Positions 1 to 8,627 of a stretch of 64,000 nucleotides of DNA are shown one piece after another. Position 1 is the stretch's first letter, and each line of letters begins with the position of its first letter. A program made the position numbers and the translations under genes. This DNA is from Candidatus Latescibacterota bacterium (GTDB lineage: Bacteria; Latescibacterota; UBA2968; GCA-2709665): the NCBI GenBank assembly GCA_965203805.1, contig OZ241917.1:3616001-3680000 (forward strand), read 5' to 3'. Below the pieces are notes generated by a model. It worked only from the letters and a program-made list of their open reading frames with translations, was not told where the DNA came from and made no database searches.

Positions 1-447
1 GAAGTCACCCACGTCGTCCGCGATGGCCCCGTAGATCAGAAATCGATACCGTCCCCCGTACTTTAAAAGGACGTCATCCAGTTCGTCCGCCAGCGCCGTC
101 TTGCAGTGGTAGCACCGGTCAGACTCGTTCTTCACATAGTCGGGATTCTCCATTTCCCGTGTATGGACCACTTCCATCGCGATGCCGATCCTGGCCGCGA
201 GAGCCCGCGCGTTCTCGAGTTCACCGGTCGCATAGCTGGCCGAAACCGCGGTCACCGCCAGCGCGTTCGATCCCAGCACCCTGTGTGCCGCCGCGGCCAG
301 AAACGTGCTGTCCACGCCGCCCGAGAACGCCACGACCACACTTCCCAACCCGTCGAGAAGGTCTTCCAGCCGCCGCAATTTTTCCTCGGCCTGCGAAATA
401 TCGACCCGCGCGTCTTCTCTCGTGCGGTGTTCAACAGGAGACGTCAC
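1..447 (-). CDS. larE: LarE-family PP-loop sulfur transferase, N-terminal part (runs off the window start)
   Basis: Not in the ORF track; translated by hand as VTSPVEH...SVVVAFSGGVDSTFLAAAAHRVLGSNALAVTAVS...NESDRCYHCK...YGAIADDVGDF. It has the PP-loop SGGVDS and the CYHC motif. Its GTG start overlaps the upstream TGA stop (GTGA). Confidence 0.85.
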   Translation of the reverse strand, partial: MTSPVEHRTREDARVDISQAEEKLRRLEDLLDGLGSVVVAFSGGVDSTFLAAAAHRVLGSNALAVTAVSASYATGELENARALAARIGIAMEVVHTREMENPDYVKNESDRCYHCKTALADELDDVLLKYGGRYRFLIYGAIADDVGDF

Positions 448-1892
448 TTGCGATCCTCCACTCCGCCAGGCATCACGACCGCATCGACCATCCCGTGCAG
501 TACTTTCTTATCCGGCGGACACACCGTGGCCTGCACGCCGGACAACACGGGCCGACCGTCCTGAATGAAGTAGTATGGCTGAATGCGCACCCGCCCTTTG
601 AGGCGCATGATGCGGTCCGTCGCGAAATCATAGTACGTCACCGGAAAGCGGGAACCCGTGTGGAACTCCTGCAGAATGTGCGGCGACCTGTCGAAATCGG
701 CAAGCGCGGACTCGATCGTCGTCCGCCAGTCCGTCTCTGACATATCGTGGCCGACCGATACGCCCCGGCTGCCCCAGGCCCGGTCCGAGAACCCTGACGG
801 TTTGATCACGAAATGGCGCTGTTTCTGCTTCAGGCTGCCGAGGGCGCGCCAATCTCCGAACGCCTGGCCGTCTACACTCAATCCCGGTATGACGCCGTAC
901 GGCGGCACGGGAACCGGGTCCAGAATCCATGTCTTCGGAAAGGTCTGCATCAGAAACGCCACGCCCTCTTCTCCCAGTTCGCGAATCCAGAACGATTGCA
1001 ACATGGGATGGTGGAAGAGCGCCATTAACATCTTTTCTTCCAGCTGAGCCTTCAGCGGCGGCGTTGCCTTTACCGTTCCCTTGCGAATGGCATACAGAAT
1101 CAGATCCATCTTCGGGATGTTTTTCAGGTCGAACAATTCAAAGAATCTATAAAGCACATCGATCTGCCGCCTTCCTCCCGCGCCGTTCACGAACAGCCCG
1201 GCTTCGCTGAAAAGCACCTCCTCAGGGCGCACCACGTAGGTTTCCAGTCCCGCACGATTCATGGACTCGCCCAACCAGGTCATTTCAGGACGGTACCCCG
1301 AAGATTCCTCCGAAACCACAACACCGAGAACCGGCTCTTTCAACCCGGCAATCGACCGCACCATCCCCATGAATCCGTTCAGCATACCGTCGGCGCCACC
1401 CACAATGTCGAATCCGAATCGGCCGTACCGCTCCGCCAGGCTGGCCGTAAACCCGATGCCGCCCGGCACCGAATCCAGTTCGGATGCGATCGTTCCATTG
1501 GGGGTCGGGATCAAATCCGGCCGGATTACCAGGGGCAGATGCTGTTTGAATCGGTTCATCCGGCCGTATCCGATGACGGTTTCCGGCTTTCCCTGATCCA
1601 GATATTCCGATACCCATGCGGGCTGAATATTGCGGACGCTCTGAGAATACAGAAGGTTGCATGCCTTGTAAAATTCGTACAGATGGACGCCCAGGCGTTT
1701 CAGATGATCGATCACCCGCGGCGGCATCCAGAACGGCTCGGGAGACACCCGCCACGGGCTGTTCGAATTCGGATGCACCGTGCGCTGCACGTCCGTATAC
1801 AGGCCGCCTGAGGGCGTCATCCTGTCGATTTGAAGGCTGCGGGCCTTCGCGTCCGTCAATTCAATCGGTTCTTGCTGCGCACAGATTCCCAT
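444..1892 (-). CDS. Glutathionylspermidine-synthase-like / circularly permuted ATP-grasp protein
   Basis: Motif order RPDLI, ELDSVPGG, FVIKP, WGSRGV, ILQEF resembles permuted ATP-grasp ligases. GAGG precedes the ATG at 1892. Confidence 0.6.
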   Translation of the reverse strand: MGICAQQEPIELTDAKARSLQIDRMTPSGGLYTDVQRTVHPNSNSPWRVSPEPFWMPPRVIDHLKRLGVHLYEFYKACNLLYSQSVRNIQPAWVSEYLDQGKPETVIGYGRMNRFKQHLPLVIRPDLIPTPNGTIASELDSVPGGIGFTASLAERYGRFGFDIVGGADGMLNGFMGMVRSIAGLKEPVLGVVVSEESSGYRPEMTWLGESMNRAGLETYVVRPEEVLFSEAGLFVNGAGGRRQIDVLYRFFELFDLKNIPKMDLILYAIRKGTVKATPPLKAQLEEKMLMALFHHPMLQSFWIRELGEEGVAFLMQTFPKTWILDPVPVPPYGVIPGLSVDGQAFGDWRALGSLKQKQRHFVIKPSGFSDRAWGSRGVSVGHDMSETDWRTTIESALADFDRSPHILQEFHTGSRFPVTYYDFATDRIMRLKGRVRIQPYYFIQDGRPVLSGVQATVCPPDKKVLHGMVDAVVMPGGVEDRK

Positions 1893-2036
1893 GCCTCGCA
1901 CCTGACCTGTTTCGGTGAAGGAGCAGCCCGTCTGCGGAAAATGCGGACCATCGCAGCGAATCTTCCGGGACAGAACGCTTGCTTCCGCCAGGAGACCCTG
2001 GCCGCGGCAATGCGACCCTCTTCGAACGGCGACCGC

Positions 2037-2486
2037 TTACGAACCGCTTCCCCCGTTCCGTTTCTGACGTCGTTTCGGCTTTCTGACTCTCTTCCAGACC
2101 ACCGTGGACCCGCCGATCTGCAGTCGCCGCCAGGGTTTGCCGACGTCGCCGGTCTCACCGCTCTGCTTGCCGGCCTCCGATCCGGCGTCCTGGCGATTTC
2201 GGGCCCGGGGTCGCGGTATCGGGGATTCGCCGGCCGGCAGGAGCGCCTGAACGGACGACAGCGTTTCCGAAACGGAAAGCCCATGCGCATCCGATTCATC
2301 CTGCAGGTTCAGGCGCGCGGCAGCGGCCTCGTATACCGCCTTCGCCGCCTCAACGCGCGCTTCGAGCAGGCCGAGCGTGCGTCTGAGTTCATCAACCTGA
2401 GAGGCGGAGGCCTCAATTTCGCGGCGGGCGTGCTCAAGCACCTGTTCGTAGAGGTCGTTCCGTTCACCCGTTGATTCTTCCATCAT
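2037..2486 (-). CDS. Hypothetical protein with N-terminal coiled coil and basic C-terminus
   Basis: Co-oriented directly after ctpA with a GGTGGAG RBS. Heptad-like N-half and KRVRKPKRRQKR tail. Confidence 0.6.
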   Translation of the reverse strand: MMEESTGERNDLYEQVLEHARREIEASASQVDELRRTLGLLEARVEAAKAVYEAAAARLNLQDESDAHGLSVSETLSSVQALLPAGESPIPRPRARNRQDAGSEAGKQSGETGDVGKPWRRLQIGGSTVVWKRVRKPKRRQKRNGGSGS

Positions 2487-2495
2487 CTCCACCAA

Positions 2496-4418
2496 TCAAT
2501 GCGTGTTCCCTTCGGCAAGCGCCAACTTCAACCTCTGTCTGTATCGTTGGGGATCCTTGAGAATCCGAACGGCCTCCTGAAACTGTTCATCGCCGCTCAG
2601 CCGCGCCAGAATTCGCCCTTTCTTGCCCCAGACCCGGTTTCCCAGTTCCCTCCCGATCTCCAGCCTGATAAACGGTTCGGCCTTTTCGAACTCCGCCTCC
2701 CGCTCCGTTTCAACGACTTTGCGCAGGACTTCCAGTGCCTTGTCCGCCTTCGCCTCGAGTCCTGCCGCCGTCAGTGCGCGATTCAGACTCTCCAGTTCGT
2801 TTTCTGACGGGGTACGGTATCGCTTGAAGTTTCCGATCTTTGACGTATCCGCGAGGAATGCCCGGAACGCGGCGATTTCGGCATCTCCCACCTCATACTC
2901 CTCCGGGCGCTTCGGAAACGCGTTCCGCGCGGCGTATTCAACGGCGAAATCGAAAAAGAGGCCGGCTCGGTACATTTCGAGAATAAGCCGCGGCCTGCGC
3001 TTTGGCTTCACAACCACGTCGGGGGTAATTCCGCCTCCGCCGTAGACCGTGCGTCCACCAGCGGTTTTGAATGCCCTGGCCGAGTCCGGAGCTTCGGAAG
3101 CAAGACCTTCCTCTCTCAACGCCTTCCCCAGCATCTGCCCCAGTTCCATCTCGAAAAGCTGCTCCGCCTGTTTTGAGGATTCCAGGTCGAACTGCTCGAA
3201 CAGCCGTGTGACCGCGTCCTCCCGCGTCTCTTCCCCGGCAATCGTCGCAACCGTCTGGTACAGCGGCACCTGCAACTTCCCGACGTTCAAGACAAGGTTG
3301 CCCAGCCTGCCGAACCGTCTGTTTTTGTGGATGCTGCGCCCGCTGGGGGTGTAGTAGAGCGCCGTTGTCCACTTAAGCGCTTTGTCGTCGCCAACCTGCT
3401 GGAAGGATTGCACAGATCCCTTTCCAAAGGTCGACACCCCAAGGATCAACCCGCGGTCCGAGTCCTGAATTGCGCCGGCTACAATCTCCGAGGCGCTCGC
3501 GCTGTGCGCGTTGACCAGTACCACAAGTGGGATATCTCTGACGCGGGACTTCTCCCGGGTACGATATTCCTTATTCTGGGATTCCACGCGCCCCCGGGTG
3601 GTGACCACCAGCAGATCGGGTCCAAGAAACACGTCGGCGACGGCGACGGCCTGCGTCAGCAGCCCGCCCGGATTCCCCCGCAAGTCCAGAATAATGCCCT
3701 CCACGTTCTTGGCTTTCAATTCGTCAACTGCCGCTGCCAATTCATCGGGCGTGGTTTCCGAGAACCGGCTGTTGATCAAGCCGGACATGGCAATATATCC
3801 GATGCCTTCTTCTATTCCGGCAATGCTCGCCACGCTCTTTACGCGAATGCGCGCCCGGATAACCTCCTGGTCGAACGGCTCCGACCGACCTGTCCGGTCG
3901 ATTGTAATCACAACCCGATTGCCCGGCGTCCCCCGCAGCACATCCACAACCTCCTCCAGCTTCCTGTCGAGCGTAGGGTCGCCATCCACCGCGACGATCC
4001 GATCGCCGACCACGAGTCCGGATGTGTCCGCGGGCGTACCCTCGATCACACTCAGAACGACGGGCACCTCGACACCGTTCCTCTTCATGGTGCTGATCGT
4101 GATGCCCAGGCCGCCGAATTTCCCCTGGGTATCGATCATAAGGTCTTCGAAGGTGCGCCGATTGAGGAATTGGGTATACGGGTCCAGTTCATCCAGCATG
4201 CCTTCTATCGCCGACGTCGTGAGCGAGTCGGATGCCAGCGGTTTAAAGTAGCTCGTGGTCAGTAGTTTCAGCGTTTCGGCGTATTCGTCTATGCTGCGAC
4301 CCACGGTGGCGTACGCGTCTTCTCCGTTGACGAGACGCGAGTCCAGGAACACGCAGGTTGCCAGAATGACGACCAGCGACGCCCCAACCCATATTCGTCT
4401 GCGATTACGTCCGATCAT
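2496..4418 (-). CDS. ctpA: S41 family carboxy-terminal processing protease with PDZ domain
   Basis: LDPYT, FGGLGI (PDZ), DLRGNPGG, SASASEIVAGA, TFGKGSVQ, YYTPSGRSI, GGGGITPD. N-terminal hydrophobic anchor. GGAGG RBS before ATG 4418. Confidence 0.93.
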   Translation of the reverse strand: MIGRNRRRIWVGASLVVILATCVFLDSRLVNGEDAYATVGRSIDEYAETLKLLTTSYFKPLASDSLTTSAIEGMLDELDPYTQFLNRRTFEDLMIDTQGKFGGLGITISTMKRNGVEVPVVLSVIEGTPADTSGLVVGDRIVAVDGDPTLDRKLEEVVDVLRGTPGNRVVITIDRTGRSEPFDQEVIRARIRVKSVASIAGIEEGIGYIAMSGLINSRFSETTPDELAAAVDELKAKNVEGIILDLRGNPGGLLTQAVAVADVFLGPDLLVVTTRGRVESQNKEYRTREKSRVRDIPLVVLVNAHSASASEIVAGAIQDSDRGLILGVSTFGKGSVQSFQQVGDDKALKWTTALYYTPSGRSIHKNRRFGRLGNLVLNVGKLQVPLYQTVATIAGEETREDAVTRLFEQFDLESSKQAEQLFEMELGQMLGKALREEGLASEAPDSARAFKTAGGRTVYGGGGITPDVVVKPKRRPRLILEMYRAGLFFDFAVEYAARNAFPKRPEEYEVGDAEIAAFRAFLADTSKIGNFKRYRTPSENELESLNRALTAAGLEAKADKALEVLRKVVETEREAEFEKAEPFIRLEIGRELGNRVWGKKGRILARLSGDEQFQEAVRILKDPQRYRQRLKLALAEGNTH

Positions 4419-4538
4419 ATTCCGCCTCCGCATTTTCCGGTCCCGCCAATCTGCGGCGCCGCCGGTGGTGCTCTGTCCGGTTGGGCTGTAAGTCCTCTGC
4501 CTCCGGGCGCTCGACCATGCGCCCGGATTCTCCTATTG

Positions 4539-5174
4539 TCATCCGCCGGGGCGATCCGCGACGGCCAGCCGCTCGTGTGTCTCGTTGTAGATCAGGCATT
4601 CCAGATCCTCGACGGACAACCGGCCGTCGACCCGAAAAACGCGCTCGGGTTCCTCCTGCCAGGTCCTCAGATACCCGCCTCGTACCCGCTCAAAAAAAGC
4701 ATCGCCGGCCGCTTCGAGCCTGTCGGCCTCTGCCAATGAGGACCGCTGTCCGGCGGTTTCGAGATCCATATCGATCCAGACGGTCAGGTCCGGCCTCAGC
4801 CCCCCGGTGGCCACCTCCTGCACGGTATGAATGCGGTCCGGTTCCAACCCGCGCCCATCGCCCTGATAGACGACCGTCGAATCGGCATAGCGGTCTGAAA
4901 CAACCACTTTGCCCTGCGACAATGCCGGCCGGATCAGCGTATTGACGTGCTGGGCCCGATCGGCCGCGAATAACAGCATCTCGGCGGCGGGGTGCACCTC
5001 CTCGCGACGCGCGAGCAAGAGACTGCGAACCTTTCGGCCCAGCCAGGTTCCCCCCGGCTCCCTGGTGAACACCACGTCGCGGCCCTCCGCGCGAAGCCTC
5101 TCGACCAGCCGCTCGGCCTGTGTGGTCTTCCCGCACCTGTCGATACCTTCAAACGTAATAAACAGTCCGGCCAC
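4539..5174 (-). CDS. tmk: Thymidylate (dTMP) kinase
   Basis: FITFEGIDRCGKTTQ P-loop, TREPGGT, DRAQH, SDRY. Start placed at GTG 5174 after GGAGG; the longer track ORF reads through a repeat. Confidence 0.95.
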   Translation of the reverse strand: MAGLFITFEGIDRCGKTTQAERLVERLRAEGRDVVFTREPGGTWLGRKVRSLLLARREEVHPAAEMLLFAADRAQHVNTLIRPALSQGKVVVSDRYADSTVVYQGDGRGLEPDRIHTVQEVATGGLRPDLTVWIDMDLETAGQRSSLAEADRLEAAGDAFFERVRGGYLRTWQEEPERVFRVDGRLSVEDLECLIYNETHERLAVADRPGG

Positions 5175-5207
5175 GCCGATGGAACCTCCCGTGCTCCATA
5201 TGGGTGG

Positions 5208-5270
5208 CCTGCCCGCGCAGCGTACTGCCTGCCTGTGCGTGTACGCACGCAGACAGGCGCTGCAGGCAGG
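5208..5270. repeat. Nested CCTGCC...GGCAGG palindromic repeat (near-identical inverted copy at 37926-37988)
   Basis: cctgcccgcgcagcgtactg-cctgcctgtgcgtgtacgcacgcagacagg-cgctgcaggcagg; one palindrome sits inside another. Confidence 0.85.
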
Positions 5271-5275
5271 CGCCG

Positions 5276-6184
5276 TTATCCGAGCAACTGCGTCAGGATC
5301 GCCTTTTGGACGTGCATCCTGTTTTCCGCCTGATCCACCGCCACGCACCTGGGGCTTGCCATCACTTCGGCCGTCAATTCGTACCCTTTGTGCGCGGGCA
5401 GGCAATGCATGACCAGTGCGCCGGTCTTGTCCAGGAGGTCCATAGTTATCTGATACGGAGCAAATGCCTCAACGCGCCTGTTTTTTTCGGCTACATATGC
5501 GGGATCTTCGAAAAACTCCATGTCGATCCAGGTATCCGTATAGAGAAAGTCTGCCTCGGCCGCTGCCGCCTCCAGATCGAGGGTTTCCTGAAAAAGGCCG
5601 GTCGTCCTTGCCTGATTGGTAAGTTCTTCGTCTTCGGAGGGTTTGTTTACCTCCGGCGTCACCGTCGTGATCCTCACTCCGGCCTTGGTACATCCGGCAA
5701 TCAGAGAATTGCACACATTGTTCCGAATGCCCACGTAAACCATGTGAGCGCCATCGAGTTTTCCCCGGATTTCGCGGACCGTCATCAGATCGCCAAGCGC
5801 CTGGCAGGGATGGTACCGGTTGCAGCACCCGTTAATCACAGGCACCTCGGCCCCGGCGGCAAGTTTCTTCAGGTCGCAATGATTCAACATCCGGGCCATA
5901 ATGACGTCAGAGTACCGGGAAAGCACCTGGGCCTCGTCTCCAAGGTCCGCGAGCTGGAAATTGGTGGCGCGCCAGTCCAGATTCATGGCATACCCGCCCA
6001 ATTGGTTCATGCCCGTCTCAAACGAACACCGGGTACGCGTCGACGGTTTCTGAAACAGCATCGCCAGCGTCCGTCCCTGCAGAGCGCCCGAAAATCGTTT
6101 CGGGTCTGCCTTCATCAACAGACCCGCTTCTACCGTTTCCAGGATATCCGCTTCCGACCATGTCTTGAGCGTAATCAGATCCAT
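5276..6184 (-). CDS. argF: Ornithine carbamoyltransferase
   Basis: FQKPSTRTR, HPCQ, YTDTW, MHCLP and QAENR motifs. Confidence 0.9.
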   Translation of the reverse strand: MDLITLKTWSEADILETVEAGLLMKADPKRFSGALQGRTLAMLFQKPSTRTRCSFETGMNQLGGYAMNLDWRATNFQLADLGDEAQVLSRYSDVIMARMLNHCDLKKLAAGAEVPVINGCCNRYHPCQALGDLMTVREIRGKLDGAHMVYVGIRNNVCNSLIAGCTKAGVRITTVTPEVNKPSEDEELTNQARTTGLFQETLDLEAAAAEADFLYTDTWIDMEFFEDPAYVAEKNRRVEAFAPYQITMDLLDKTGALVMHCLPAHKGYELTAEVMASPRCVAVDQAENRMHVQKAILTQLLG

Positions 6185-6266
6185 GGGCGAATCACGCTCC
6201 CTCTCACCCGTTCGCGCGATCGATTGCCGATCGCCGCCCGTTTCAGTTCAATTCGATCGCCGGAAA

Positions 6267-7226
6267 TCATTGCAGTTGCTTCCCTAATTCGTCCAGCAAC
6301 AACCGTTTCGCCTCGTCTATTCGCTTCTCAATCCTGCAGCCCGACGCCCGGGTGTGCCCGCCACCGCCAAACGCCGCGGCGACGCGGTTCACATCCACTG
6401 CGCCGCGGGAACGCAGGCTGACTCGGAACCGCCCCGGGGCCTCTTCCTTTAACAACAACGCCGCCTGAATGCCGTCGATCGCCATCGCGTGGTCCGCCGC
6501 GGGATCCAGGTCGCCGCCCTTGCGATATGTTTCGTGGTCCACAACCAGCGTACTCACTCGAGCGTCGAAGTGAAGTTCCAGGGTGCTTAAGGCGGCGGCC
6601 AACGTGACCATGGTCTGATAGCTCTCCCGGGCAAACAGCGCATCGGCGATCGCCTCCGGGTTGGCGCCGAAATCCGCCAGTTCGCCGCAGACCTTTAACG
6701 CCCGTTCCGGATGGGAAACCCTGAAGAGCTTGGTATCGAACGCAATTCCCGTGTATATCTGGGTGGCAACCGCCGGATTGATTGCCGTTCCGGCAGCCCG
6801 AAGCAGTCCATAAACCAGTTCGCTGGCGGAACTGGCCGAAGGGTCCACGATGCGGACGTCGCCCTCCGGTTTCCGGACAGCGTGATGATCGATGATCATC
6901 GTGCGTGCGTCGTCATGGAGAAGGCGCCTCACGTCGCCAACTCTTTGCGGGTCCAGCGTTGGCGTGTCCACGAATACCGCCCGGCTGAACGCCGGTGGAT
7001 CCACAAGCGACCTGTACAGTTCAATATGGTTAAATCCCGGCAGAAAAGCAAATTTCGGATTCAAAGTCTCATCGCTGACAACGAGCCGGCACGCCCGCTT
7101 CTTCCGGACGAGCATTTCCCTCATCGCCAGCATGCATCCAATCCCATCCCCGTCTGCATTGACGTGGGTTGAAACCAGATACGGTTCGTCGGGATCGAAA
7201 AAAGACAACGCTGCGGTATAGTCCAT
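6267..7226 (-). CDS. nrnA: DHH/DHHA1 phosphoesterase (nanoRNase/pAp phosphatase)
   Basis: HVNADGDG, IIDHH, VSLRS, GGGGH. Confidence 0.85.
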   Translation of the reverse strand: MDYTAALSFFDPDEPYLVSTHVNADGDGIGCMLAMREMLVRKKRACRLVVSDETLNPKFAFLPGFNHIELYRSLVDPPAFSRAVFVDTPTLDPQRVGDVRRLLHDDARTMIIDHHAVRKPEGDVRIVDPSASSASELVYGLLRAAGTAINPAVATQIYTGIAFDTKLFRVSHPERALKVCGELADFGANPEAIADALFARESYQTMVTLAAALSTLELHFDARVSTLVVDHETYRKGGDLDPAADHAMAIDGIQAALLLKEEAPGRFRVSLRSRGAVDVNRVAAAFGGGGHTRASGCRIEKRIDEAKRLLLDELGKQLQ

Positions 7227-7254
7227 AGTCCGGCTTCGAAACCCTCCTGTCAGT

Positions 7255-8073
7255 TCAACATCCGTCCGCTGCCTGCGAGCCGCACATTCCACGCCGCGCG
7301 GCCTCGCCCTTTTCGGTTTTCCGCAACACGAAATGGACCCGATCCGACCCCTCGTCGGGCGCGCGGAAGCCGAATCCGTCGTAAGCCCCTTCCATGGAAA
7401 ACGGAGACTGCTCCAGCGCGGCCTGCATATCCGGCAGCGCGTATATCCGTTGACGATGCACCTCTTCCACGGCTTCGTCGGTCCGCTCGAACCGGATCTT
7501 GAAACGGTTGAACTGAATCCCGTTCCTGTAAAAGCTCTCGCGGACGTACGCGAACCCGTCTCCGCGGTCTCTATCCGTCAACTTGCGAAAGTACCTCAGT
7601 GAATTCGCTTCGGTACATACGTCGAAAATAAAGAGACCGTGCGGCTGCAGAATGGTGTGGACTTCCTTCAAGGCCCGGGCGATGTCCTCGATCGTCATCA
7701 GATAATTCATGCTGTCGTACAGACACAGTGCAGCCTCGTATCGCGGCAACCCGGTCAGGTCAAGCAGGTTTCTGTGGAAGAACGCCGCGCTGTGCCCGGA
7801 CCTTCGCGCCTTGTCTTCCGCCACGTCCAGCATTTCCCGGCAACTGTCCGCCCCGGAGGCGAGATAGGCCCGTTTTCGCAATTCCAACGCCATGCTGCCA
7901 GTGCCGCATGCGAGATCCAGCACCCGTGACGGCGTGGCGTTGTGCCGCGCGAAGACAGCTTCTATATAGTCCGCCCACTGCACATAGTCCACGTGCCGCA
8001 TCACATAGTCATAGATCTCCGAAAGCCGGGTGTACGGCTGGGCCGTAGATGAATTTCTCTTTCGTCCGAGCAT
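7255..8073 (-). CDS. Class I SAM-dependent methyltransferase
   Basis: VLDLACGTG motif I, CLYDSMNY, GLFIFD. Confidence 0.88.
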   Translation of the reverse strand: MLGRKRNSSTAQPYTRLSEIYDYVMRHVDYVQWADYIEAVFARHNATPSRVLDLACGTGSMALELRKRAYLASGADSCREMLDVAEDKARRSGHSAAFFHRNLLDLTGLPRYEAALCLYDSMNYLMTIEDIARALKEVHTILQPHGLFIFDVCTEANSLRYFRKLTDRDRGDGFAYVRESFYRNGIQFNRFKIRFERTDEAVEEVHRQRIYALPDMQAALEQSPFSMEGAYDGFGFRAPDEGSDRVHFVLRKTEKGEAARRGMCGSQAADGC

Positions 8074-8147
8074 AAATCCAATATAAACAGGACACAGGGA
8101 AAGGGCAAACGCCAAGCCCGCGCACCGTCGGCTTCCGGTCCGCGCGC

Positions 8148-8173
8148 AAAAAAAAACCAGCCCCGGGGGCTGG
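8148..8173 (-). terminator. Rho-independent terminator
   Basis: Minus strand CCAGCCC-ccg-GGGCTGG followed by T9. Confidence 0.85.
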
Positions 8174-8305
8174 ACTCCTTCGACCTGTTCAGGAACCGGC
8201 TACGCCCTGGAGCCGTTCCATGAACACACGTCCACACGATCGGCGAAGCCATCGCGGCGAGACGGAATGATCACCGCCCGAATAGAGAGGTGTTTTTGGG
8301 GCAGG
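8148..8305 (-). ncRNA. Candidate structured RNA or attenuator, family not identified
   Basis: Three consecutive hairpins followed by a terminator fill the intergenic gap; no recognised family motif. Confidence 0.3.
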
Positions 8306-8578
8306 CTAAAAGTCAGTCGCTTCACGGGATTCGTCGCGCAGCACGTGGTAATACGATCTGGCAACCGCACGGGAGACGTTTCCCGCGGGCAACTTCAGAA
8401 TCTCCAGTTCCAGGTACCGATCCAGAAACGAGATGCTCACGCGTCTGCCTGGCCGGACGGCCTGTCCCGGCTTCGCCCGCCGCCCGTCAAGCATCACGAT
8501 TCCGTTCTCGCAGGCGCGTTTTGCCTCGGACCGCCGCCGCGTCAGACAACATCGTTTCAGGTATAGATCCAGCCGCAT
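8306..8578 (-). CDS. S4-domain RNA-binding protein (Hsp15/YabO-like)
   Basis: MRLDLYL...RRRSEAKRACENG...AKPG. Confidence 0.88.
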   Translation of the reverse strand: MRLDLYLKRCCLTRRRSEAKRACENGIVMLDGRRAKPGQAVRPGRRVSISFLDRYLELEILKLPAGNVSRAVARSYYHVLRDESREATDF

Positions 8579-8627
8579 GTTGAATTGAACGCCCGTTGTC
8601 GACTCTGATCCGGGGCGCGCCGCGAAC

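Noticed and set aside
8165-8184. GGGGGCTGGACTCCTTCGAC as a tmRNA 5' end
   Set aside because: It lacks GG before TTCGAC, has no matching 3' tRNA-like end, and is explained by the opposite-strand terminator.
8240-8258. GCGATGGCTTCGCC on the minus strand as a fluoride riboswitch
   Set aside because: The P1 5' base does not pair and there is no downstream pseudoknot partner.
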